From Hyphochytrium catenoides (taxonomy: Eukaryota; Protista; Hyphochytriomycota): DNA of 33,097 bases. The translations under genes and the position numbers were made by a program. Each line of letters starts with the position of its first letter. The stretch's first letter is position 1. Below the pieces are notes generated by a model, which saw only the letters and a program-made list of their open reading frames with translations, was not told the DNA's origin and did no database searches. The stretch spans positions 1-33,097 of the forward strand of contig FLMG01002157.1 in NCBI GenBank assembly GCA_900088475.1. The letters are read 5' to 3'. Of the stretch, positions 22,701 to 33,097 are shown piece by piece.

Positions 22701-25483
22701 AGAGCAAGATGTTAGAAGCCATACAGCTCATGAGAAAGAACCAGGTATGAAGTGTTTACATCCTCTGCTGCTTTTGGATTTGGACGCGTATGGGCTCTCT
22801 CTCTCTCACTGTGCCGTACAGCGCTACCATTTCCACCTTCAGTACTTCTCTCTGATGCTCCAGATAGGGCGACTAGACTTAATCGCGTTTGCCCGCTACA
22901 CTGCCAACTGCAAAACACATATCTTCCTCTCCCTCCATGTAAACTCGGCTCTTCCGGGAGGGGCTTGCCGATATCTTCCTCCTACCCAAGCCCCGTATGA
23001 TTCACCTATTACCCGATGTAATCAAGCTCCTCCTTACACGCTGCCCGTATAACTCTCGCCTCGTGTCAAATTCTAGCACCATCGCCTCAGTTACTGGCCC
23101 GCCTCGTTCGCGTGGGCTCTTGATCCACCAACCTGGGGCTACTACGCCGGGCTTTTGAAGAACTCTCTTAACCCGTTAGAAGAGGCACAGCTCGCCAAAG
23201 ATGTTCCACGCACCAGTCGATGGCTGGACAAGGCTGAAGGAACTCCCTTAATGGACGAAAGACGGAGAAAGAGAAGATTAACGGTAATATCCTTAGGCTA
23301 CAGTGACGAAGGGGCTTTCCTAGATGGTTGGTGGCTCAGGGTGCAAGGCTTCTTATAGAGACTACCTTATCTAGTTTCCCCTTTCGATTGACCTATCTAT
23401 TTTGCGTACTTTAGTCCTTGAGGAACGTACTACATGCGTACGTTGCTAGCTGCTCTGTCCCTGCAGGGCACGAAAATCACTCTCCTTATTTACAAGGGAT
23501 GAACGGTAAGCGGCGTGGCTGTACAATCTACTTCAATGTTTCTCTCTTCCTTTGCCCCTGCAGTCGCTTCTTGGATAAGCTCCGTACTACTCTCATTCCT
23601 GATGCATCCGAACGCCTCTCTTCTCAATGATGCCCTTCCTTCACGTCATTCTTCTCGATCTCTGCTTCCTGAAGGCTTTACGCTTCCTAGTTGTTTGAGC
23701 AGAGGATTGATCTGAGGTTTCCTTCGCCATGTAGGCATTGCATACGTGCTTCTTGAGGCTTTAGAAGAGGATGAAGAGGAGGCCTTTCGGTTTTTGACGG
23801 GAGTGGTAGAGAAGTTACTTCCGAGCATCTTTGACGTAAGCAGTCTGACAGTCAAACCCGTAGACTGCTTCGTTCTATTTAGCAGTATCTCCGACGGTTC
23901 GGTCCTTCAATAATTAGAACTTATTCCTCTTCTTTTGGGCTTTGTCTCTGCTCAGTCGGATAGCTTTGGCCAAGAGACATTAGGACAGACGGGACAGTTC
24001 TTTGAACAGATTATGAGAGAGTTTCTGCCTGACGTTGTAAGTAGAGTGTATCTTACTCTCATTTGCCGTCCTTCTGTGTTTCTTCCGTCTTGTAGTTCTG
24101 TATGTGTGCGTAGACTGGTCCTCGGCCCGTAGCCAAACCCTCTTTACGTCGTCCTCGATGCGACCATAGGACTCGCTTTCTAGTTGCACTCTACCCTATG
24201 CATCTTGCCACCTTCGAACCTCCGTCATTGTACTCCTTCCCCTATTAGACCTTTCCTCCTCCTTAACGCCGTATCGCACTTGTCTAGGTGGACGTGTTCG
24301 ATCGCGTCGGGCTCCCTGTATTTATTTTAGTCTATAAGGTGCGTACCAATGGCTTCTCCGTGAGCTCAATACTGCCAAATTATTAGCTCTCTTTTTATCT
24401 TCCGTCGTCTTTCTCTGTGGCATACATGGCGGCAGCGGCGCTTGTTTGTCTCTACTCTTCCCCCTCAATGATAGCTTTGAGCTCCCTCGTTGTCTACCTT
24501 TTAACTCCACCTTGAGCTGCTTCCTTCGTTAGTACTCTCTACTTCTCCTTTTATTTATCTCCCATGTTTCGCTTACGTCCTTGAACTCCCTCGCCGCAGT
24601 GGTTTCCCACACTTTTTTCAGATATTAGTTTGACACCATCAGATTTCCTTCTACCCTATAATACACTGCTAGCCGCATGGGATGTTTGTTTCCTCATGGG
24701 CATGGAAGGTAAGGGCGCCAAGTGCTGGGAAGGTAGACTTAGGAAGACGAAGTGGGGCCGCATGTTTTGGTGATGTTTTTACGATTCTTTTTGTTCACCA
24801 GGGGCGATGTCAGTAGCTTTGGCTCTCTTCGCCAGCTCTCAACGTGCACTGTTCGAGCTCTCCGCCGTGTGTACTGCGGATGATGTGGGCAAAGCCTTGA
24901 ACCTCTCTCTTTCTCACCTCTCGCCTGAGCTTCTTTATGACCAGGTAGCGTTGAAGAGGCGAGATTATTATGTTCCCTAAGTCTTTACTGCTGGTCGTCT
25001 CCTTTTATTCTCGATAGCGGGGTCGCTCTCTCTTTCTCGCTCTTTAGTCTTGGCTTTGCCTTTTGTCGTCTCTTCTTCCCTTCTCTTCAGATTTACTGAT
25101 CCTAACGCTGCGTCTTCTAGGTTTGCATGGTGATTCGCACATGTAAAAGTGAAAAGCTCAAAAAGCTTCGTGGACAGCAGATGAAAGTCTTGCACCGGAC
25201 GCAAGGGAGGAGACATCTCTCGGTAGTACGGAGAAAATCTGTAGGAGACAGTGGAGAAGGAAGAGAGCGAGAGAGCAGCATACCTGACGCTGTCCAGGTA
25301 GAGGCCACGCTGATCTTGGGGGAGGACGCCGGAGAGGCTCCTCCGTCTCCTGCCCCTGAAGAGAAGATGAAGGTGCGAAACCTGGACACTGGAGAAGTCT
25401 TTCTTCTCTCAGACTCCGGTTGGTCCCTGATGAAGCTGGAAGAACAACCACCTGCAGAGCAGCGCTCCTCCCCTTCTGAATAA
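19795..25483 (+). CDS. PH-PDZ-like-PH-TBC domain Rab GTPase-activating protein, ~845 aa, 17 exons
   Basis: Exons 19795-20021, 20405-20505, 20585-20643, 20724-20810, 21052-21210, 21355-21475, 21703-21828, 21984-22205, 22455-22744, 23077-23283, 23415-23505, 23735-23835, 23956-24036, 24288-24338, 24600-24708, 24802-24944, 25121-25483 total 2538 nt in frame. PH1: MEGYLYTRGGILHGWRQRYFVL...EMKSWIAAI. PDZ-like: GLVPGSVLVGIGDE...YPCKVQF. PH2: KEGKLK...WSEAHVRL...EELRGWVGAI. TBC: QLAKDVPRT (Arg finger), YLQGMN (Gln finger), EEEAFRFL, WFPTLFS, AAWD. Confidence 0.88.
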
Positions 25484-26187
25484 AAGAAAGGCAGAGAACA
25501 AAGCCCAAGAGGTCCAAGATAGGAGACACAAAGCCTATTTGACCTAATACATCCTTTGCTTCCAGTGGATATCGGCTAGGCCTTAGCTCTGAACAGCGAT
25601 GGTCGAGCACCACCCTCATCGTCCTGGCGGGAGCTCCCTCCCATTCACTTTTAGAGCATGAGAGAATGGTGCCATTTTTGTCTCTTTCCCTAACTTAACA
25701 TGTGACAAGTCATTTACTAGGGAGACTTCGAACCTCTTCTACTCAACGAACCACGAGAGTTAACCCCTCGCTGGCCTCAATCTGCATGTCGATATCCCTT
25801 TAGGAGAGAGACACAGATGCTACTTATTTGTCCTGCACTATGTCCTTCTTCCTCATTCTTAGTGCTTGGTGAGCAGTGTATCAGGGGTACTTTGAACGAT
25901 AGAGGGCCAGGTTCCATACTGTAGGAGGGCGAGTGCAGAGTGTGAGTGGCTACAGATGCGTGCTATGTACAGCTTTATTGTGGGGAAGTTAACGTTCACT
26001 ATTCTATCACTTATCTGCTTACAAGGTTGACAGGCAATGAGCAAGAGGAGGGACAGGAGCGTGAGACTATGATTTTCAGATTAGACACAGACAAAACGGC
26101 ATCCTAACATGAAACAGGGAGAGAAGCCAGTATGTACATCGCGGGGTAAACGACTTTGGAGAGACTAGACTAGCGACGGATGGTAAG

Positions 26188-29100
26188 CTAAGGCGTTGTC
26201 GCAGGGCTTCGAGTCAGGTTAAAGTCTTCTTCTTCCCCATCCGTCTGCAGCTCGACATCAAAATCTAGAGGAGCGACGACCTTGAAAGGAGAGGAGACGC
26301 CCTCATACTCTTCGACCTTCCGGCTCCAGTTATTCTTATAGTCACCCATGTGACGGATACGATAGAGCCCTAGCAGTGGAGAAGGCATGATGGGCAATAG
26401 ACAGAGAGAGAGAAGAGGTTATAAATATAAGGCCACGTAAGAATGAGCGCAAGAGCTTGCCACAGATTCTACCTTTCCTGTCTAGCCAATAACGTTCAGT
26501 GCTGAAAGGCGTAACAGGTGACAAGTTCTTACCTGGCTCTGTGGTCGACGCGATGGTCCATTCAATGGTGATCACTGAGTGAGTGAGGCCGTCTCTTCTC
26601 CACCTGTATATGGTATGGGGATGGCCATCATCAAGCTTTCGCCTCCATTCTCCCGCACTGTCTTGCTTTTCCACGAAGAGGAAACTACCCTGTTGCCTCA
26701 GATTATTCTTCGGATGACCGCCCACGAACTCTACTTGGACAGTATCCTTCCCTGTAACATACTGAGGGTAGGAAAAACAAGTTTAAGTCTGCTAATTCGA
26801 GATATAGTAAGACCCAGGAAAGGGCAGCTCTTCTAAGAGGCCGACAGAACTTTTGCCAAGTCCTCTTTGAAGGGAAGAGATGATTTGAGGGCAGACTATA
26901 CGGCCTGAAGTCTATGACTAGGCATGAGAGAGAGAGAGGACAAGAGAGGACACAAGACTCATCATAAGCGTTTGAGAGAAGAACGTAGGCTCTAAGAGAG
27001 CCAGATACCAGTATACTCTCCAGCCGCGGCGCGTCTTACCTTGCTCTTTACATCTTTCAGAACCTTCCCAAACTCCGCGCCCACGCCGTCAAAGATTACC
27101 CCCGTTCCGAACCCCGATGCAGCCTTCAGCCTCTGCGTTTATGGGGCACAATATGGGAAAGGATTGAGAGTGAGATGAAAGTAACCAAGAGGCGGAAAGA
27201 AAGAGTTGCCAAGAAAGGAACGTGGCTAGCGAAAGTCAAACGAAGAGGCCACAGCAACGAAAATAGAATGGAGTTGGGCTTACGCTAGCTACATCCACCT
27301 CAGGACCCTCATCCACTTCCTCCTCATCTCTGATGGCCCTGGAGAGGTCCTGCATCTCCTGCTGCACTCCCAGGAGCTGGTTCGGACCAAAGTGAGTGGA
27401 TGCACCTTCATAACGCTGGACAGAGTATTCTTCCCGGGTTGTGAGATAGCCGGCGTACGCGTTTGTGAGGCTACGCGGGCAGAGGTTGCGGCGGCGGTCG
27501 AGCGTCCATTGAGCACCAAACAGTTCCATAGGGCAGACACATGTTCCGGAAAGAGTTGGCAGGAAAAAGAGAGATGAGGTCGAAGAGCGTAGAGCAAGCG
27601 GTTATTAGCTTGGACACTCCTCGGTCGTTCTCTCGTCTTCCATCTTCAATGTTTAAAACACTGCCTCTTTTGACACTTCGTTACCTTTCTTTCCTAACTC
27701 TTCCCTTGTTCCCTCTTCTTACATCCTATGCACTTGAAACGCTCTCTTACCCTGAGATGATGACTTCCTCCACTCCATAATCAGTCAGTTCGTTCATAAT
27801 GGTCTTCCTAATTCTTCTCCCGGCCATGGTGGTCGGTTCGAAGGGAAGGGCGGCTATAGCAAGTGGTCCCAAAACGGCAGCTTGGAGCTTCAGGATGTAG
27901 GGAGAGAAGCCCAGGGGCTCTGATAGACAAAGAAGAACGAAGGACACCATTGGCAACAGGAATGTAAGCTACAAAAGCAACGACCGGGCAATGACTCTAA
28001 AGTGCATTGAGAAGAGTCGGAAAATGATGTGAGGATTTGTACCTAAAGGAAATAGGCAGCACTTCTCCTTATGCTCCTTCTGCAGCTTCGGAAGAATTTT
28101 CTTCAGAACTCTATAGCTATCGTCACTCGTCATGCCCTCCTAAAAAATGATGCAGGAACCAATAATATACAAAGATGTTTTAGGGACTTAGCGGAGAAGA
28201 AGCTGCGAAAGACCAACCAAGCATAGGAAGAAGTAAAGAGACAATGGCAAGACATCTTCCTTAGAACTGTCAAAGGCTAGGGAAGACACGGGAGAGAACG
28301 TTGAGGAAGTGATAGAGCAGAGACTTAAACGTCGTAGGAAGAAGTATTAGTTTTTGAGGTTCATCGTCTGAAGTCTAGGCCATGCGCGAGCCCACAGGAC
28401 CATGAAGGTCCATACTTGAATAAAATGAAGGGAAGCTTCAGGAAGGATAGCTGAAGTACGGAAGCTAACGAAGCGCCCCAAGCAGCACCTTGATAAATTT
28501 GAGACCCGGACCGTCATAAGTGGTCCCGCTCAGCATCGAGATGCCTAAGACAGCCGTGCTGAGGGTGTCAGGACAGTCCTTGTAGTGGTGCCATTCCGAT
28601 CGCAGTCTTGACAAAGGGGTGTAACATGAAGGCAGTGCACCAGAAGTCAGCCAAATAGAACGAGGCGCTAGGGAAGAGAATTTAGAGAAATGACAACAGC
28701 ATTATCAAGCAACAGAAGAGTGGAGTTTGAGAAAGCAGACGTAGCTGGGCATCCTCGGTAAGCATTCGCCCAAAACAACTCTTATGGAACTATACAGAGT
28801 GAGCGCAAGCGGAGCCTGAAAGACGGTTAAGAAAGAGGATGTTGTATGAATGCAAAGAGTATGCGTTTAAGTGCAACTAAACCGAGTCGTGGGCAAAGTC
28901 AGGGAAGGAGACGATTGTTCCCCCTACTTTAGTCTGGGAAAGTCTACTCTTCTGCTGCGACAACGGATCCTCACAGCCAGCGGAGCTGTACCTGCCGCCT
29001 CCTCATACAGCGCCATTGCGGACTTGAACTGACGGTTGCCGATAAGATACATCCTAAAGCAACATAGTTGACGATAGGACCTTACGTCAGAAATGCTGAA

Positions 29101-31109
29101 CAGTCGGAGCATCGGTCGCCACACTAAAAAGTAGAGATAGAAAGCAGCATTTATGGCAAAGAACCATCAACCATTTAAATTTAGAGGGTCTGCTGAAAGC
29201 TATGATGGAGAATGGGGCCAGACGTGACGAAAGGCAACAATAGCGTGCCCTAAGCTGATTTTGACAGAAGGTGCACTCCCAACACGAGGCAACCTACCGC
29301 TCATAGTCGTCCTCTTCACCTACAAGATGTCTGGGTCCTTCTACGTTGGGTGAGACATCCCCTTCATTTGCCTGGGCGAAGGCTGCTACGAAGCTCTTTG
29401 GCTTGTCCTCAATGTGGTTTACTCCTTTTTTCCTTTCAAAGACATACGAGGCATAGCCCTGTAGGTTTGAGAAGAGAGAGCGAACAGATTTGGAGGGTTA
29501 CGCGAGAAGAGTAAAAGGTCACTTAGCAAGGAAGTGCAGCGTACGATGAGAAGGATGAAGACAAGGTCAAGAATAGAAGAGAGAATGTATCTTGCACCAA
29601 CCTTATTATCGCCGGTAATGAGAGTGTACTTGCTACCAACGCTTGTTGGATGAACGGCAAACCTGATAGAGATGAAACATAAGGCATCTGATTTCAAGCC
29701 ATCTTCGTCATGTCACCGGCTCGATCGCCACGCCGCTGGCCCGTACCCCAATCCCAAATATGCCAAAAAGCATGGTCTTACTACTCCGAACTTTCCTTTT
29801 CCTCTCTTCACCCCTTACCAGTTGATCATCCCTATCTTGCTCCCGTCCAGTCCGTCAAAGCGCAAGAGATACATTTCTTTATCAGTGTCATACTCATACT
29901 GGTCTCTCTCCTCCGGCGGATTTGCTTGATAGGCTTCTGGACTGCGGTTGACCGAGGCGTCCAGACAAAGACCCTTGGCAAACTTAATCGTGGCCGGTTC
30001 CTGATGGACGGATAGAGAAGGGGTCATGACTCAGAACATCGCACGGGAAAGGCCAACACGAGACAGACCAAGGAGCAGACGACATGGGCCCAGACGGACC
30101 AAGATTAGAGAGAAGTAAGGGGGAAGAGGAAGAAGCGGTTAGTCTACCATATTCCGGTGCGCCCTTTTGACGGCCTCCACTGTCCCTCGGACTACCCCGT
30201 CAAAGTTCTGTCTATCAAATCCTTTCAGCGGCGGGTGAAGATTATACAGCCGATATGTGCTTGTACCGCCCGGGCCGCAGTGAGTGTGCGTGCAGTTGAT
30301 CATCACTGTTTCCAGGTTTTTAGAGGACAATGGAAGAGAGAGACGCAGCCGATGAGAAGACGAAAAGAGAGATGTGAGAATCTTAGAAGGATAACTCATT
30401 CGCTTCCCGCTGTATACCCTTTGTGTCGATGTTATGATCTCTTCCTCTAGTCTTTCCCTGTCCGCCCCTGTGTCACTCCCATCCTTAAGAGTTAAGCTCT
30501 GGCCTGGCTGCATTTGCCTCCGCTGCTGATCTTTGTCAGTTCCCTTACCGTTGGTCTCATCGTAGAGTCCTTCCATCTCTGGTACTTTATTGATCTCCTG
30601 AATAACCTGATAGGTCAGCGCCTCGCTGATCTGGCCCAGCTCACAGCAGATGTACAGGAAGCTGAAGATGAAAGAAAGCCAGTAACAATGAGGGCAGATA
30701 AAGAGGAGAGATGGACGTGGACAGGAAGCGAGATGGAGGAAGAGGAAGACCATAACGTGGAACAGAGAGAGAGGGTCGCAAGATAGTAGCAGGCAAAGAT
30801 GACATAGCAGTGGTTAGTAGGACCGAAGTTATGAAGAGGTATGCTGAAATGCTAGGCGAGTCTTGCCGAAGGAAGCATTCCGCCGCGTAACAAGGGAAGA
30901 CGTGAGACGAAGCTAGGCAAGGAGGATTGTGATTGACAGGAAACCCATCATAATGCGCCCGCAAAAGAGGAGTGACGATACCGAACAAGAGATAGAGAGA
31001 TATGAAGAGAGTAAAATGTCTAGCATTTTCAGCAGGTGCGTGCAAGCTGAGCGTCTACCAAACGAAAGACAAAAGGCCAGACGAAGATCCACAAGAGCCA
31101 ATACTTGGA

Positions 31110-31164
<55 letters not shown>

Positions 31165-31812
31165 TTCTCATTTCTGCTCACCGCTGTTCTCCCTCTTCCG
31201 CCCACATTTCCCTTTATTAGTTCCTCTGCCAATCCTTACTGTTTACACTCCTCTTCTTTTCCCTCAGCGTCTCGCTCCAAACTTGTTCTCTTACCGATTG
31301 CACTCTTTCCCTGAAATGTTCTCACAAATGGCAAAAGCTCTGGCTCTGAGGCGCATGTGAATCCCATCAGCGATCTGCGAGGGAAAGGCGTAGCCAAACA
31401 TCCCCACCTCCGCCGCTGGGCCTGTGACGTCATACATCCCTGCTCCTACCAGGTAGTGATCCATGGGAGGAGACAAAGAGAGAGACGGGCGGACACTCGC
31501 TTGTTTTTCCTCACTCTCTCTACTAACTGGATCGACCTTTCCGTCGTCCCTGGAGAGTACCCTTGGCTCTTTCTCTCCGATCTCTTTTTCCGCGTTGGCC
31601 GAGCAGTCCCTGTTCTTTTGCGACCTTTCGCCAGGTGGCTGCCTGCCACACGCGGTTTTGGTAGAGTTCAACGTGTCTCTCTTCCTCTCAGCGGCAACTC
31701 TCGCCGAACTCTCAGGTCCGTGTATCCGCCTGTCCTTTCCTTTGATATTAAGCTCATCGTCACACCCGCCAGAGCGCACGCGGATGCGGCCAGATTGTTT
31801 CTTTCTCGCCAT
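26188..31812 (-). CDS. Neutral/alkaline non-lysosomal ceramidase, 14 exons (681 aa from ATG 31464; ~797 aa from ATG 31812)
   Basis: Exons 31812(or 31464)-31295, 30661-30549, 30305-30148, 30000-29819, 29662-29602, 29458-29298, 29053-28928, 28606-28489, 28139-28043, 27919-27751, 27470-27284, 27132-27040, 26761-26533, 26369-26188, in frame. Motifs: YLVGAGMYDVTGP, RLRARAF, THTHCGPGG, NRSPEAY, WFAVHPTS, GDNKGYAS, GDVSPN, EPTTMAGRR, NAYAGYLTTREEY..QRYEGAST.FGP, GLYRIRH. ASAH2-family. Confidence 0.94.
31110..31161 (+). repeat. (CT)n microsatellite in ceramidase intron 1
   Basis: Directly visible. Confidence 0.95.
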
Positions 31813-32297
31813 CCTACTACTTCCTCCTTCTCTGCGTAAAGGACACTCTAGAGATTGACACGACCCAGAGATGAGGGTAACGAAAGAAAGAGAAGCAACG
31901 ATGAAGAGGGAAGAGCAGATGGAGGTTATCTGAAGCAGCGCGCCGGGATCGATAATGCGCTTGCGTGCTTGTGAGACAAGAGTCTTTGGAGTCTGCAGAA
32001 TGAGAATGCCGCTGATGTCCGCAGGAGAATGAAGGTCACCCGTCACTGCCAGCACAGGGAGAGAAGAGAGAAGGAAAAGATAGGGAAAGAGTTCGGGAAG
32101 AGATGCGGGCCGCTCCCTTAGACCTGGCTTTGGGCACCTGCACACTTCGATTTCGGGCTTGGCCAAAGCGAGGCCGGGGAGAGTTCTTCTTTAGCCTTCG
32201 GTTTGCGGCTGTGGATGTAAGCGAGCAGCCTTTCCTCTCACTTCGTCGAGCTTCGGAAGTACAAGCGGTCACCTATCACCCCTTCTCTTCTGCACCC

Positions 32298-32415
32298 TTC
32301 CTCCCTCTTTCTCTCTCTTTCTTTCTCTTTCTCTCTCTCTCTCTCTCTTTCGCTCTCTCACTTCGCTCTCTCTTTCTCTCTCTCTTCTCACTTTCCCTCT
32401 CTTTCTCTCTCTGTC

Positions 32416-32463
<48 letters not shown>

Positions 32464-32478
32464 CTCTCCTCTGTCTTC
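32298..32478 (+). repeat. Degenerate (CT)n tract upstream of ceramidase
   Basis: Directly visible. Confidence 0.9.
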
Positions 32479-33097
32479 TGTAACCTGTCGCGCCCACTTG
32501 GCTTCGCATGTTCTTGCCTTCCTGCTCTCTGTGTCTGCAGCTGCTGGTTACCTGCTAGACAGAGCTTCGACAGCCAAACACAATTTACTGCCAAACACAT
32601 TGTATGGTTGAAGTTTCCCTAACTCTAGGATATATATACTCCTTAGCTTCACACACAGTTAGCTACCAAACCCTTATCCTACCAAGGTCAGAAGCTCATT
32701 CAATGCGAGCCATTGCAGGGCTTATGCTCAAAATGTACAACAAACCTTCACTCCTTTAACTTGCTTTTTCATTCCAAATTAATGTTACAGATAATGGGAA
32801 ATGCCGGAAACATATAGGTATATATTCTGAATAATGCTATGATTTAGCCACAAATAGGTGGCAGTTCTTCGAAAATTTTTTCCGCGATGCCTGATACAAA
32901 TATAGTAATACAGCACTACAGCCTCACGTCTAGCAGCAATTACCATTTTACGAAACTGACATACACTGGGAAGTAAGATTAGTAATATGTCGAGCACTCG
33001 AATGAGGATGCGCACCTCTACAGAGCTCCTCCTGGAGAACCTCGCTGGTGGTTACGAGCTGATCTGGTGAAGAAGCTGTATTTTCCATTTCCTGCAC

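Noticed and set aside
29086-29123. 38-nt minus-strand pseudo-exon reading CGDRCSDCSAFL that could restore cysteines to the ceramidase loop using an earlier GTAGGT donor
   Set aside because: It needs a 32-nt downstream intron, shorter than any other here. Its CTGAC is better explained as the branch point, and the simple model (EDDYERMYLIG) fits the family pattern.
1957-31812. Alternative genetic code or non-canonical introns
   Set aside because: All 56 introns in the six complete models resolve as GT-AG with consistent phase. Genes end in ordinary TAA/TAG with no in-frame stops in conserved domains. About five AAG acceptors were seen, which is not clearly exceptional.
32785-33097. Possible start of a next gene (ATG 32987) and a 76-aa minus ORF in the AT-richer right end
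   Set aside because: Too short and truncated by the window edge; no recognisable motif.
1-33097. Transposon or introner-type repeated introns
   Set aside because: No transposase or RT motifs, terminal repeats, or mutually similar introns beyond simple repeats were seen by eye. A self-alignment would be needed to exclude them fully.

Overview
Intron-rich eukaryotic nuclear DNA, probably a protist (lineage not determinable here). It uses the standard genetic code and GT-AG introns with CTAAC/CTGAC-like branch points. It has abundant (GA/TC)n tracts and two N-gaps. Manual splicing on both strands gives six complete, frame-consistent genes: a FAAH-like amidase (-), a sphingomyelin/IPC-synthase-family enzyme (-), VPS60/CHMP5 (+), cyclin C (-), a PH-PDZ-PH-TBC RabGAP (+) and a neutral ceramidase (-). 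There is also a partial PDZ-protein gene running off the left edge and one or two orphan candidates at 14.6-16.7 kb. The most notable observations are: (1) three ceramide/fatty-amide enzymes within 30 kb, interleaved with endosomal trafficking genes; (2) a neutral ceramidase lacking both the eukaryote-specific cysteine subdomain and a signal peptide; (3) a RabGAP with an unusual domain string and a C-terminal motif resembling the WDR44 Rab11-binding segment; (4) recurrent intergenic motifs (AGATACCT, a 13-bp CCAAT box). All exon models are hand-derived and lack transcript support.
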